From: Octopus sinensis
Lineage: Eukaryota
Assembly (NCBI RefSeq): GCF_006345805.1
Contig: NC_043026.1
Coordinates: 12,317,579-12,381,578, forward strand
Length of the DNA stretch: 64,000 bases
Direction of reading: 5' to 3'
In this document: piece by piece, positions 1 to 12,384 of the stretch
Layout of the letters: every line of letters begins with the position of its first letter
How positions within the stretch are numbered: position 1 is the first letter of the stretch
Position numbers and translations under genes: made by a program
The notes under the pieces: model-generated
Database searches by the model: none
Told to the model about the DNA's origin: nothing
The model's input: the letters and a program-made list of their open reading frames with translations, nothing else

Positions 1-79
1 TATCACAATATTTACAATCACCATACAATTAGAATCATTGCAATGACCATCACCACCATCACAACACAACCACAACACT

Positions 80-559
80 AATTTCTTTACTGCTCACAAA
101 GGGGCTAAACATAGAGGGGACAAACAAGGACAGACAAAGGTATTAAGCCGATTACATCGACCCCAGTGCGTAACTGGTACTTATTTAATCGACCCCGAAA
201 GGGTGAAAGGCAAAGTCGACCTCGGCGGAATTTGAACTCAGAACGTAACGGCAGACGAAATACTGCTAAGCATTTCACCCAGCGTGCTAACGTTTCTGCC
301 AGCTCGCCGCCTTCGGTATAAGTACCTATTTCTTTATTGTCCACGAAAGGCTAAACATAGAGGGGACAAACAAGGACAGACATAGGTATTAAGTCGATTA
401 CATCGACTCCAGTGCGTAACTGGTACTTTATTTATCGACCCTGAGAGGATGAAAGGCAAAGTTGACTGTAGCGGAATTTGAACTCAGAACGTAACGACAG
501 ATGAAATACTGCTAAGCATTTCACCCGGCGTGCTAACATTTCTACCAGCTCGCCGCCTT
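80..559 (-). mobile_element. Two copies of tRNA-derived SINE family B in a WDR83 intron
   Basis: Head GGCGGCGAGCTGGCAG, B-box-like GAGTTCAAATTCC, central CCTTTCATCCTTTCGGGGTCGAT and tail GTAAAGAAATA; the family recurs more than 20 times in the window. Confidence 0.85.
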
Positions 560-652
560 AAACACAACCACAACACCCCCCACCCCAGCAACAAACACAT
601 AGCCACAACCAGCATCACCTTAACACAGCACAACCACCACACCACATCATAC

Positions 653-877
653 CTGCATGTCCTCTGTACTTCCTCTTCACTTGCCCCGTTGCCACATCCC
701 AAAGGATCACCGATTTGTCCATACCACCAGAACATAGTGTGGCATTGTCGCAGGCTGAGTGGGCGTCAAGGACTTCGTAACCATGGCCAGAATATGTCTT
801 CAAATGTAACTGTCGGTAGGGGTTCCACAGTTTTAAAGTCTTGTCACTACCACAGCTTATGCAATATTCTCCATCAG
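653..877 (-). CDS. WDR83: WDR83/MORG1 second coding exon (WD40 repeats); gene continues off the left edge
   Basis: Acceptor TAG| at 878 and donor G|GTATG at 653/652; 225 nt, phase 1-1. Encodes DGEYCISCGSDKTLKLWNPYRQLHLKTYSGHGYEVLDAHSACDNATLCSGGMDKSVILWDVATGQVKRKYRGHA, recognisably WDR83. Confidence 0.93.
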
Positions 878-997
878 CTAGATGGCATGAGCAAAAGAAA
901 AATTAAGCATTTAATTAGTTAATCAATCAATTTATGAAATAACAATGTATAATATAATTTTTGTTCTTGGGTAGCAACTGTTATCTCCTGTTTGTTT

Positions 998-1315
998 AAT
1001 AATAATAATAATAATAATAATAATGAAATTATTGTATACAGTGCTCAGGTGCACCACAACTTGTCAGAAAGTGCGTATAAAGCATGTGCCTTAATGTACA
1101 AATGTCTGGGAAGCGAAAAGTGTATGAGTCAGATACATGCTTGTGTGTGTATGGAGGGGAGAAAATCAGGTGTAGTGTTGGCGGATCTCAGGAAGCATGG
1201 AAGTTTTGAAGGATGCAGTGCTCTGACAACTAACAACTGATGCCGGCAGTTTGTTCCATGCTTCAGCAACTCTCAGTGTGAAAAAATGTTTCCTAAAGTC
1301 ATGGGAGCTGTGCTA
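998..1315 (-). mobile_element. CR1-clade LINE 3' end with (AAT)n tail
   Basis: Reverse complement of the CR1 ORF2 C-terminus and 3'UTR at 53346-53765; a shorter copy lies at 2227-2325. Confidence 0.8.
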
Positions 1316-1685
1316 GGAAGTATGGAAAATGGCTAATATTTCCTTCAAACTTTACTTTTGTTATGATATTTATTCAAGCCCTAAAGGCTCCCCCACTACT
1401 TCTGCTCATCATCAAAGATGCACATATTGTCAGCCACAAAGTGATTATGGTCAAGCAAATCTGTGGTATTGAGCAGAATATTTGCTATAATGATATTTCT
1501 GCTTCAGCTACTCAGTACTGAATCTGTCTGAAATGTAATGGAAAATAGGTCAGTTTGAAAACATTGATATCCAGCTCACAAAAGCAAAGTTTGAAGGGAA
1601 TGGTAGTCACTTCCTTTGATTTCTAGGTAGAAGAAAATAAGAAATAACACTCACTGACCAAAGACAAAAGAAAATTAAAATTTTG

Positions 1686-1922
1686 GGATCTTTTCCTTTT
1701 CAACGGCACATGTCAACAACAATTTCTAGTTAACTAAACACTTTAAAACTTCGTATTCTGGTAGAATGTGTCAAAATAAAACATTTTTTTCTCTTGACTT
1801 TCTTGAGAAAATTGTAATTTGTAAGTTTAACGTAGTTTAATTTTTCGAATTTTAACTAATGAATCGCCTCTAGTGAGCTAAATCATTTGCTGCGCCTAAA
1901 ACTGAGACAACATCCTGTCACT
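1686..1922. mobile_element. Half copy of GGATC-family foldback MITE
   Basis: Begins GGATCTTTTCCTTTTCAACGGCA and matches the left arm of 7101-7738. Confidence 0.7.
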
Positions 1923-1929
1923 ATGTATG

Positions 1930-1968
<39 letters not shown>

Positions 1969-2378
1969 ATGTATGTATATATATGCATGCGTGTGTATAT
2001 GTTTGTGTGTCTGTGTTTGTCCCCCCTAGCATTGCTTGACAACCGATGCTGGTGTGTTTACGTCCCTGTAACTTAGCGGTTCGGCAAAAGAGACCGATAG
2101 AATAAGTACCAGGCTTACAAAGAATAACTCCTGGGGTCGATTTGCTCGACTAAAGGTGGTGCTCCAGCATGGCCGCAGTCAAATGACTGAAACAAGTAAA
2201 AGAATAAAGACCTTTTTCTTCAAGTTTAAAATAATAATAATAATAATTGTATACAGTGCTCAGGTGCACCACAACTTGTCAGAAAGTGCGTATAAAGTGT
2301 ATGCAGTAATGTACAAATGTCTGGAAAGCAAACATTTTTCTCTCTTTCTCTCTCTCTCTGTCTTTCTATATGTATGTG

Positions 2379-2430
<52 letters not shown>

Positions 2431-2691
2431 TATATATATATATGTATACATATACATATATATATATAAATATAATAATAAAATGAGACATTGCTGGCAT
2501 AATTTCGTTATATCTCTACTCCACAACCCACAGAAATAGCCGAAGTGAAATGTTTTGATTTCGTCGAGTTATATCGAAAGAATGCGAAAAACAAATATTG
2601 ATATATAAACGCACACACATACAAACACATACGGAGGTGGGAAACGAACCCGTGTCCACACAGTAAGAAAAAGAGAATGGCGTTAACTTAC

Positions 2692-2782
2692 AGTTAAATC
2701 TGACATTACGTACAGCTCCTTGTTTACAATCAACCGTAACATTCAATTTATCAACATATGTGTTTAATGAGGAAGAAGACAT
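2692..2782 (-). CDS. WDR83: WDR83/MORG1 first coding exon
   Basis: ATG at 2782 gives MSSSSLNTYVDKLNVTVDCKQGAVRNVRFN, resembling the WDR83 N-terminal motif DCGQGAVRAVRFN. Phase-1 donor T|GTAAG at 2692/2691 splices in frame to the next exon (T+CT=Ser). Confidence 0.9.
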
Positions 2783-3020
2783 CGTTCACCCTTTCTCCCG
2801 TCTATATATCTACATTCATGTTTGTACGTTTCTTTGTCAAGCATTTTACAGTGCAACGCACGCACTGGCTTCATAGGGGACCGGTGTAACGACCAGATTT
2901 GTCCCAGTGGAAATATTAGACCAATTTGCGAAATGTAATTTTTTAAATGTTTGTTTGTGTGTATACAAACGTTATATTCTTTTTCTAATATAGCCACAAG
3001 GCTTGAAATCATGAAGGAGG

Positions 3021-3433
3021 GGCAATCTTTCGTCTCTAGTAGACCTTTCCGTCGATTTCCGTAAAAAAATTTTTTTTTTTTACATATGGGCTTGCGGGAA
3101 CTTTTGAAGTAATGAGAGCGAAAGAGACTAAGAGAAAGCGATTGTATGACGAGGGAAGTTCTTTTGAAGTTACCGTGCATGGCAAGCATTGATGTACATG
3201 TGTGTTTGATGGGGTGTGGGAGACAGACAGGGGGTTGTGTAAGTGAAGTGCTTCTGTTAGTGTGTGTGAAGAGACAGAGTAATGTGTGAAGAAAGAGATA
3301 ACTGAATTTTTTTACTCGGTGTATGTGTATATAGTGTATGTATATTACTTCAAAAGTTCCCGCAAGCCCATATGTAAAAAAAAATTTTTTTACGGAAATC
3401 GACGGAAAGGTCTACTAGAGACGAAAGATCGCC
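3021..3433. mobile_element. MITE with ~95-bp TIRs (GGCAATC/GGCGATC family, Merlin-like)
   Basis: TIR GGCAATCTTTCGTCTCTAGTAGACC...GGTCTACTAGAGACGAAAGATCGCC; flanks TGAAGGAGG/TGGGGGAGG match 7/9. Other copies at 38343 and 40306. Confidence 0.85.
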
Positions 3434-3451
3434 TGGGGGAGGAGTTAAGTC

Positions 3452-3863
3452 GGATCTTTTCGGTTTGAACGGCAGTTTTGTTAAAATGATTTCCACGTAA
3501 CTAAACACTTTTAAACTTCTTATACTGGTAGAATGTGTTTATAAAACATCTTTTTCTCTTGGCTTTATTGAGAAAATTCTATAGTTTGTAAGATATTTGT
3601 TGCTGTTTTTTCTTCAATTTCTGCAATTTCAACCAATCAATGACGTCTATTGAGGTGAAAACATTCTGTGCCGTATGAATATGTCCCTTGTTTAAGAAAC
3701 AGATTGGGTTTATTTACATTTGTGAAGAAAAAAAGATACCCTTCCCCCACCCTTAACCCTAAAACAGATTGAAATGCAATAGATCGATACTAGGGTCATA
3801 ATTATGGGTGACCATTTCATATGACACCGCTAGAAAAAACTGCCGTTCAAACCGAAAAGATCC
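3452..3863. mobile_element. MITE, GGATC family (Merlin-like)
   Basis: TIR GGATCTTTTCGGTTTGAACGGCAGTTTT; 8-bp TSD GTTAAGTC/GCTAAGTC. Confidence 0.88.
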
Positions 3864-4321
3864 GCTAAGTCAATTAAATCGACCTCAGAACTCAAGTGGT
3901 ACTTAATTTATCGACCTCGGCGGAATGTGAACCCAGAAAGTAGTAGCACACGAAATACCTATTTCTTTACTACCCACAAAGGGCCAAACACAGAGGGGAC
4001 AAACAGGGACTGACAAACGGATTAAGTCGATTATATCGACCCCAGTGCGTAACAGGTACTTAATTTATCGACCCCGAAAGGAGTAAAAGCAAAGTCGCCG
4101 TCGGCGGAATTTGAACTCAGAACGTAACGACAGACGAAATATCTATTTTTTTATTACACACAGAGAGGCCAAACAAGGGCAGACAAACGGATTTAGAATT
4201 ACCTCCCTTAACCCAGTAATTTTGAGTTCATGCTAAAAATGATGGCAATATGTCTGGTTCGTGCAATAAAAAAATCGTAGAGACTAAGAATAAACGATTG
4301 TATGCCACGTATATATAACGA

Positions 4322-4650
4322 GGAGGCGCATTGTGGTTAGAGCAGCGGACTCGCGGTTTCGATTCCCAGACCGGGCGTTGTGAGTGTTTATTGAGCGAAA
4401 ACACCTAAAGCTCCACGAGGCTCCGGCAGGGGATGGTGGTGATCCCTGCTGTACTCTTTCACCACAACTTTCTCTCACTTACTTCCTGTTTCTGTTGTAC
4501 CTGTATTTCAAGGGGCCGGCCTTGTCACTCTCTGTGTCACGCTGAATATCCCCGAGAACTACGTTAAGGGTACACGTTAATTTCACGAGCAGGCTGTTCC
4601 GTTGATTCGGATCAAGCGGAACCCTCATCGTCGTAACCGACGCAGTGCTT
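4322..4650 (+). mobile_element. tRNA-derived SINE family C
   Basis: Head GGAGGCGCA..GTGGTTAG..GGTTTCGATTCCC, tail GTCGTAACCGACG(G/C)AGTGCT; flanked by a TATATATAACGA direct repeat. Confidence 0.85.
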
Positions 4651-4935
4651 CCATCTATATATAACGAATGAACACATCGATATATGCATCCATTCATGCA
4701 TCATCCATCCATCGTCGTAAGTGGACAGCAGAAATAAATAGATGAAATCCTTTCACTTTTATAAAAAAGATTAAAAAGAAAATGAGGGCAAAAAGTACTC
4801 GTTTTTTCACAATGAAAAATCGGGTCCAGTCCCACTGCGTGCTACCATGAGCAAATGTCTTCTACTATAGCCTTGGGCTGACCAAACTCTTATTAGTGGA
4901 ATTGGTAGACCGAAAACCGAAAGAATCCTGTCTTG

Positions 4936-4992
<57 letters not shown>

Positions 4993-5244
4993 AATTAACG
5001 AAATTTATATTGAATAAAATATATATTTCATTACTACCTACAAGGGGCTAAACATAGAGGAGACAAACAAGGACAGACAAGGGATTAAGTCGATTATATC
5101 GACCCCACTGCGAAACTGGTACTTAATTTATCGACTCCGAGAGGATGAAAGGCAAAGTCGACTTCGGCGCAATTTGAACTCAGAACGTAACGGCAGACGA
5201 AATACTATTTCTTTACTACCCACAAGGGGCTAAACATATATAAG

Positions 5245-5378
<134 letters not shown>

Positions 5379-5484
5379 GTATATATATATATATATAGAT
5401 ATATATTATATATATATATATATACACGTATATATATGTATATGTATAAATATATGTATATATATATATATACGTATATATATA

Positions 5485-5515
<31 letters not shown>

Positions 5516-5887
5516 ATGTATGTATGTATGTATGTATGTATGTATATACGGCGAACCCTGCCGTACTCTTTCACCACAACTTTCTCTCGTACCCGTATTC
5601 CAGGGGGGTCAGCCTCCTCAAATTCCGTGTCACGCTGAATCTCCCTGAGAACTACGTTAAGCGTGCGCGTCTCTGTGGAGTGCTCAGCCACTTTCACATT
5701 AATTTCACGAGTAGGCTTTTCATCGAATCAACTGGAACCCTCGTCGTCGCAACCGACGGAGAACCGAAAGTTCTGTTAAGAACGTAATAGAATACAGTAT
5801 TATAAAGTTCCTTCAGATTTATCTTGTGCAATCCAGTAGTAGTATTCAACGTACTTCCAGGTTTGCTGTTGAGCATATGTAATGTTA

Positions 5888-6490
5888 GGCGCAGGAGTGG
5901 CTGTGTGGTAAGTAGCTTGTTTACCAACCACATGGTTCCGGGTTCAGTCCCACTGCGTGGCACCTTGGGCAAGTGTCTTCAACTATAGCCTCGGGCCGAC
6001 CAAAGCCTTGTGAGTAGATTTGGTAGACAGAAACTGAAAGAAGCCCATCGTATATATGTATGTTTGTGTGTCTGTGTTTGTCCCCCTAGCATTGCTTGAC
6101 AACCGATGCTGGTGTGTTTATGTCCCCGCTACTTAGCGGCTCGGCAAAAGAGACCGATAGAATAAGTACTAGGCTTACAAAAGAATAAGTCCCGGGGTAG
6201 CCGACCAAAGCCTTGTGAGTGGGATTTGGTAGACGGAAACTGAAAAGAAGCCTGTCGTATATATGTATATATATGTATGCATGTGTGTGTTTGTGTGTCT
6301 CTGTCTGTCCCCCTAGCATTGCTTGATAACCGATGCTGGTGTGTTTATGTCCCCGTCACTTAGCGGTTCGGCAAAAGAGACCGATAGAATAAGTAGTGGG
6401 CTTACAAAAGAATAAGTCCCGGGGTCGAGTTGCTCGATTAAAGGCGGTGCTCCAGCATGGCCGCAGTCAAATGACTGAAACAAGTAAAAG
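5888..6490 (+). mobile_element. tRNA-derived SINE family A (composite copy)
   Basis: Head GGCGCAGGAGTGGCTGTGTGGT, B-box-like GGTTCAGTCCC, tail AAACAAGTAAAAGAG, with an internal restart near 6200. About 18 further copies, e.g. 14748, 26430, 27328, 33580, 36300, 50947, 52058, 55035, 55935, 57648. Confidence 0.88.
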
Positions 6491-6499
6491 AGAAGAGAG

Positions 6500-6533
<34 letters not shown>

Positions 6534-7100
6534 AGAGAGAGAGAATGTGTAAATAGATAATCGAAAAATCTGGAGTCAGCAAGAAGGGGTACGGTTGGGC
6601 ATTCATTTCTTTACCCGCAACAATTGTTTCTACGCAACGTAGTTCTCCAGGTGTGCAAGTACTTGATTAGGCATCTGTTTCCCTTCATTATGAGATCTAA
6701 TTGTGTTTACTCGGGCAATATGTAAATATTGTCTCCGGATTAGTGAAGTTCAAAAGGTTTTACCTACACACTTATTAGCACATTCCCGGAAACGGCCGTA
6801 AAACTCTTTCTATTTATTGGATTCATTTGAGTACTTCCCTTTTCGATTATTGTAAACTGTTATCTCATCAGCTTGGACTTCTTAATTTATCTATATGACT
6901 TTGATTTGGGCACGGAATTACACTATTATATATATATGTAAATATTGTCTCGGGCAATATGTAAATATTGTCTTCAATATCCACGTCTTCAAGAACATCC
7001 TCTCTGTCTGTCGTGATCTGAGCTTATCAGGGTAGTAGTCTCTTATCAGAGTGTGTTGTTGGTAAGCTCAGGGTTTACTACTAAATTCAGGCCAAGACTG

Positions 7101-7738
7101 GGATCTTTTCCTTTTGAACGGCAGACAATTTCTAGTGAACTAAACACTTTAAAACTTCGTATACTGGTAGAATGTGTCAAAAGAAAACATTTTTTTCTCT
7201 TGGCTTTCTTGAGAAAATTGTAATTTGTTTGTTTAACGTAGTTTAATTTTTCGAATTTTAACCAATCCTATGCTCTCTTTTGAGCTAAAATCATTTGCTG
7301 CGTCTAAAACTGAGAAAATCCTGTAACTAACCCTAACCCCCTCCCCTAACCCTAACCCTAAATTTTTTTTTTCTTAATTGTTAAATTAATTTAATTGTTA
7401 CGCGTGTAAAAAAAACTAAAGCAATGGAATTAAATAATTTAACAATTAAGAAAAAAAAATTAGGGTTAGGGGGGAGGTTTAGGTTAGGGTAGTTACAGGA
7501 TGTTGTCTCGGTTTTAGACGCAGCAAATGATTTTAGTTGAATGGAGGTAATCGATTGGTTAAAATTGCCGAAATGCTCGGATTTTCAGACGAAATATCTT
7601 AGAAACTATAGAATTTTCTCAATAAAACCAAGAGAAAATTATGTTTTATTTTGACACATTCTACCAGTATACGAAGTTTCAAAGTGTTTAGTTAACAAGA
7701 AATTGTGTTGACATCTGGCGTTCAAAAGGAAAAGATCC
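7101..7738. mobile_element. Foldback MITE (GGATC family), two ~300-bp inverted arms
   Basis: GGATCTTTTCCTTTTGAACG...CGTTCAAAAGGAAAAGATCC; perfect 8-bp TSD CAAGACTG; internal TAACCC/TTAGGG-like repeats. Confidence 0.9.
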
Positions 7739-8131
7739 CAAGACTGAAAGAAAGGATGTTCTTGAAGACGAGGATTTTGAACTTACGGAGACAACATTTA
7801 CATATTGCCCGAGCAGTTTATAATCAAGTACCTACACGCCAGGAGAACTATGTGGCGTCGAAACAATTGTAGTGGTTAAAAAATAAATGTCCAACAACAC
7901 TCCTTCTTGAAAATAGAAATAATACATTTCTAAATCTCTCAAAGAGATTTATGCAGTAACAGCACGATAAAGTGATAGTATATTGACACTTAAGGTGGCA
8001 GTCCCATGAAAGGGAAGAATGCTACTGTTATTTAGCCCCAGGAAACACCGTTTCCTGCTGGACTTGTGAATTTCCTGTGTCCTTATGTTTTCAAAGTGGA
8101 GACAAGCACCTCCACCCAGCAAAGCCAGCAA

Positions 8132-8172
8132 CCAGAGACTAGTTTCAGAGTCATTGCTCGTCGTCAGTCCGG
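8132..8172 (-). ncRNA. Minimal type I hammerhead ribozyme
   Basis: CCGGA-CUGACGA-C GAG CAAUGA CUC U-GAAAC UA GUC-UCUGG: 5-bp stem I, GUC cleavage triplet, palindromic ACUAGU stem III; C-U mismatch at the base of stem II. Confidence 0.75.
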
Positions 8173-8868
8173 AGTAGCATGGCTTGCTATCTGTCGATGT
8201 CTATCCGTTTCAAGTGAAATACATTCACTGATTTTTTAAAATAGAAACAATACATTTCTAAATCTCTCAGAGAGATTTATGCAGTAGAAGCAAGAGTAAA
8301 GTGATAGTATATTGACAACTTAAGGTGACAGTCCCATGAAAGGGAAGAATGCTACTGTTACAGTAGCATTCTTCCCTTTGATGGGACTCCAATTTTTCCA
8401 ATTATGTGTGTGTGTGTGTGCGTCGTTGGTCAACTGATTATAAATTAAAAAAAATATTTGGTGATTTAACACTTTCTTATTCTTTGTATGTGTTTGGAAT
8501 TTACAATCCAGAAAATAGTCATAATCCAGGGAAGCGAAGCCGGATTTAATAATTTACAGCGGATTTGCGCATAGTAAGCGATCATTGATGCTTATTACTA
8601 CTTGATACGGTCAGCCATAAACTGGAATATGCCTGAGAGCTACTACAGGACCCGACTGGGTAATTTAGTCATATATATAATATATATATATATATACTCT
8701 TATCTTTACTTGTTTCAGTAATTGACTGCGGCAATGCTGGAGCACCGCCTTTCGTCGAGCAATCGGCCCCGGGACTTTTCTTTGTAAGCCCAGTACTTAT
8801 TCTATCGGTCTCTTTTGCCGAAACCGCTAAGAGACGGGGACATAAACACACCAGCATCGGTTGTCAAG

Positions 8869-8968
8869 NNNNNNNNNNNNNNNNNNNNNNNNNNNNNNNN
8901 NNNNNNNNNNNNNNNNNNNNNNNNNNNNNNNNNNNNNNNNNNNNNNNNNNNNNNNNNNNNNNNNNNNN
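8869..8968. other. Assembly gap (100 N)
   Basis: Run of N; the same 18 bp CCAGCATCGGTTGTCAAG sits on both sides. Confidence 0.99.
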
Positions 8969-9039
8969 CCAGCATCGGTTGTCAAGCAATGCTAGGGGAC
9001 AAACACAAACACACAAACACATACACACATTGGTCGGTC

Positions 9040-11255
9040 CGGGGCTATAGCAGAAGACACTTGCCCAAGATGCCACGCAGTAGGACTGAACCCGAAACCA
9101 TGTGGTTGGTAAACAAGCTACTTACCACACAGCCACACCCGCGCCTATGAGCGAGTATATATACATATATACGAAAGGCTTCTTTCAGTTTCCGTCTACT
9201 AAATCCACTCACAAGGCATTGGTCGGCCTGAGGCTATAGCAGAAGACACTTGCCCAAGATGCCACGCAGTGGGACTGAACCCGGAACCATGTGGTTGGTT
9301 AGCAAGCTATATACCACACAGCCACTCCAATACATACATACGACGGGCTTCTTTCAGTTTCCGTCTACCAAATCCACGCACAAGGCATTGGTCGGCCCGA
9401 GGCTATAGCAGAAGACACTTGCCCAAGATGCCACACAGAGGGACTGAACCCGGGAACAATGTGTTGGTTAGCAAGCTACTTACCACACAGCCACTCCCGC
9501 GCCTATGAGCGAGTATATATACATATATACGACAGGCTTCTTTCAGTTTCCGTCTACCAAATCCACTCACAAGGCTTTGGTCAGACCGAGGCTATAGCAG
9601 AAGACACTTGCCCAAGATGCCACGCAGTGGGACTGAACCCGGAACCATGTCGCTGGTTGGCAAGATACATACCACACAGCCACTCCTATATATACATACG
9701 ACGGGCTTCTTTCGGTTTCCGTCTACCAAATCCACTCACAAGGCTTTGGTCAGCCCGAGGCTATAGCAGAAGACACTTGCCCAAGATGCCACCCAGTGGG
9801 ACTGAACCCGGAACCATGTGGCTGGTTAGCAAGATACATACCACACAGCCACTCCTATACATACATACGACAGGCTTCTTTCAGTTTCCGTCTACCAAAT
9901 CCACTCACAAGGCTTTGGTCAGCCCGAGGCTATAGCAGAAGACACTTGCCCAAGATGCCACGCAGAGGGACTGAACCCGGGAACCATGTGGTTGGTTAGC
10001 AAGCTACATACCACACAGCCACATACATACGACGGGCTTCTTTCAGTTTCCCTCTACCAAATCCACTCACAAGGCTTTGGTCGACCCGAGGCTATAGCAG
10101 AAGACACTTGCCCAAGATGCCACGCAGAGGGACTGAACCCGGAACCATGTGGTTGGTTAGCAAGCTACATACCACACAGCCACTCATATATACATACGAC
10201 AGGCTTCTTGCAGTTTCCGTCTACCAAATCCACGCACAAGGCATTGGTCGGCCCGGGGCTATAGCAGAAGACACTTGCCCAAGGTTCCACGCAGTGGGAC
10301 TGAACCCGGAACCATGTGGCTGGTTGGCAAGATACATACCACACAGCCACTCCTATACATACATACGACGGGCTTCTTTCGGTTTCCGTCTACCAAATCC
10401 ACTCACAAGGCTTTGGTCGGCCCGAGGCTATAGCAGAAGACACGTGCCCAAGATGCCACCCAGTGGGACTGAACCCGGAACCATGTGGTTGGTTAGCAAG
10501 CTACTTACCACACAGTCACTCCCGCGCCTATGGACGAGTATATATACATATATACGACAGGTTTCTTTCAGTTTCCGTCTACCAAATCCACTCACAAGAC
10601 ATTGGTCGGCCCGAGGCTATAGCAGAAGACACTTGCCCAAGATGCCACGCAGTGGGACTGAACCCGGGAACCATGTGGTTGGTTAGCAAGCTACTTATCA
10701 CACAGCCACTCCTGCGCCTATATATATTTATACGACGGGCTTCTTTCAGTTTCCGTCTCCCAAATCCACTCACAAGGCATTGGTCAGCCCGAGGCTATAG
10801 CAGAAGACACTTGCCCAAGGTGCCACGCAGTGGGACTGAACCCGGAACCATGTGTTTGGTTAGCAAGCTACTTACCACACAGCCACTCCCGCGCCCATGA
10901 GCGAGTATATATACATATATACGACAGGCTTCTTTCAGTTTCCGTCTACCAAATCCACTCACAAGGCATTGGTCAGCCCGAGGCTATAGTAGAAGACACT
11001 TGCCCAAGATTCCACGCAGTGGGACTGAACCCGGAACCATGTGGCTGGTTAGCAAGATACATACCACACAGCCACTCCAATACATACATACGACGGGCTT
11101 CTTTCAGTTTCCGTCTACCAAATCCACTCACAAGGCTTTGGTCATCCCGAGGCTACAGCAGAAGACACTTGCCCAAGATTCCACGCAGTGGGACTGAACC
11201 CGGGAACAATGTGGTTGGTTAGCAAGCTACTTACCACACAGCCACTCCCGCGCGC
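9040..11255 (-). repeat. Tandem array of ~14 SINE-A 5' halves (~150-bp units)
   Basis: Repeated GTGGCTGTGTGGT...GGTTCAGTCCC...GAAAGAAGCCCGTCG units joined by short (TA/CA) linkers. Confidence 0.92.
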
Positions 11256-11564
11256 CTATGAGCGAGTATGAGTGTATAAAATAGATAAATAAAAACTTGG
11301 CTGTCTTTCAACAAGTGATCGATGGCTCAACACGAAATCAAATATGGCAAGATGTTGTTTAGCAAAAGAGAGGCTGCAAGTTAAAATGTCTTGCCGCCGT
11401 ATATCATGAATGCCGTTTCCGCCATCGTCTTCTGCTGCATAAAAGATATTTGAAGCTGAAATGTCATTTGTCGGGTGTTCAGTTTCATTGCAGCCTTGTC
11501 GAAAGAGTTTTGTTGATTTGCGTGTGGTGCATTGTCTGTGTTCGTGTGTAATACATAGGTACAT

Positions 11565-11983
11565 GCATGCATGCGTACGTACATACATACATATATACAC
11601 ACATACATACATAGACATATATATATATAGATAGATAGATAGATAGATACATACATACATACATACATACATGCATACATACATAGACATATAGATAGAT
11701 AGATACATACATACATACATACATACATACATACATACATACATAGACATATAGATAGATAGATACATACATACATACATACATACATACATACATACAT
11801 ACATACATACATGCATACATACATAGACATATAGATAGGTAGATACATACATACATACATACATACATACATACATACATGCATGCATACATAGACATAT
11901 AAATAGATACATACATACATACATACATACATACATGCATACATACATAGACATATAGATAGATAGATAGATACATACATACA

Positions 11984-12016
<33 letters not shown>

Positions 12017-12117
12017 TCGTACATCCATACACATATAGACAGACAGACAGACGGATGGATGGATATATAGATAGATAGATAGAACAGACAGACAGACAGA
12101 CAGATAGATAAATAGAC

Positions 12118-12194
<77 letters not shown>

Positions 12195-12195
12195 T
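11565..12195. repeat. Compound (TACA)n/(TAGA)n microsatellite
   Basis: Visible directly; accounts for the spurious long ORFs in 11256-12253. Confidence 0.97.
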
Positions 12196-12384
12196 GTTTC
12201 TTTACTACCCACAAGGGGCTAAACATAGAGGGGACAAACAAGGACAGACACACGGATTAAGTCGATTACATCGACCCCAGTGCGTAACTGGTACTTAATT
12301 TATCGACCTCGAAAGGATGAAAGGCAAAGCCTCTCTCAACAAGACAAAACAATAATTGCGATGACTGCCTACATGGTAAACAAA

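Larger units (their letters stand above)
6600..8390. mobile_element. Penelope-like remnant with inverted and tandem terminal repeats
   Basis: 6940-7010 is inverted relative to 7745-7815; direct repeat 7900-8030/8217-8360 followed by an inversion; contains one intact and two degenerate hammerhead-like cores (6615-6655, 7835-7875). Confidence 0.55.

Noticed and set aside
5888-5960. tRNA-like heads as tRNA genes
   Set aside because: All continue into SINE bodies and lack a complete cloverleaf and acceptor stem; no genuine tRNA gene recognised.
7150-7680. loxP-like half sites (AACTTCGTATA / TATACGAAGTT; also TAACTTCGGTATA in GGCG MITEs)
   Set aside because: Arms are hundreds of bp apart rather than 8 bp, they are part of MITE inverted repeats, and no recombinase is present; treated as coincidence.
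9269-11222. Recurrent ORFs such as ..RLPNPLTRLWSARGYSRRHLPKMPRSGTEPGTMW..
   Set aside because: Antisense translations of SINE-A, repeated wherever the SINE occurs; no protein-family signal.
9040-11255. CRISPR-like regularity of the tandem arrays (also 13081, 43774 and 60627)
   Set aside because: Units are long and homologous along their whole length with no unique spacers; eukaryotic context and no cas genes.
11256-12253. Long ORFs of 179-318 aa; similar YI-repeat ORFs at 5230, 14596, 23353 and 61995
   Set aside because: Stop-free translations of (TACA)n, (TAGA)n and (TA)n microsatellites.
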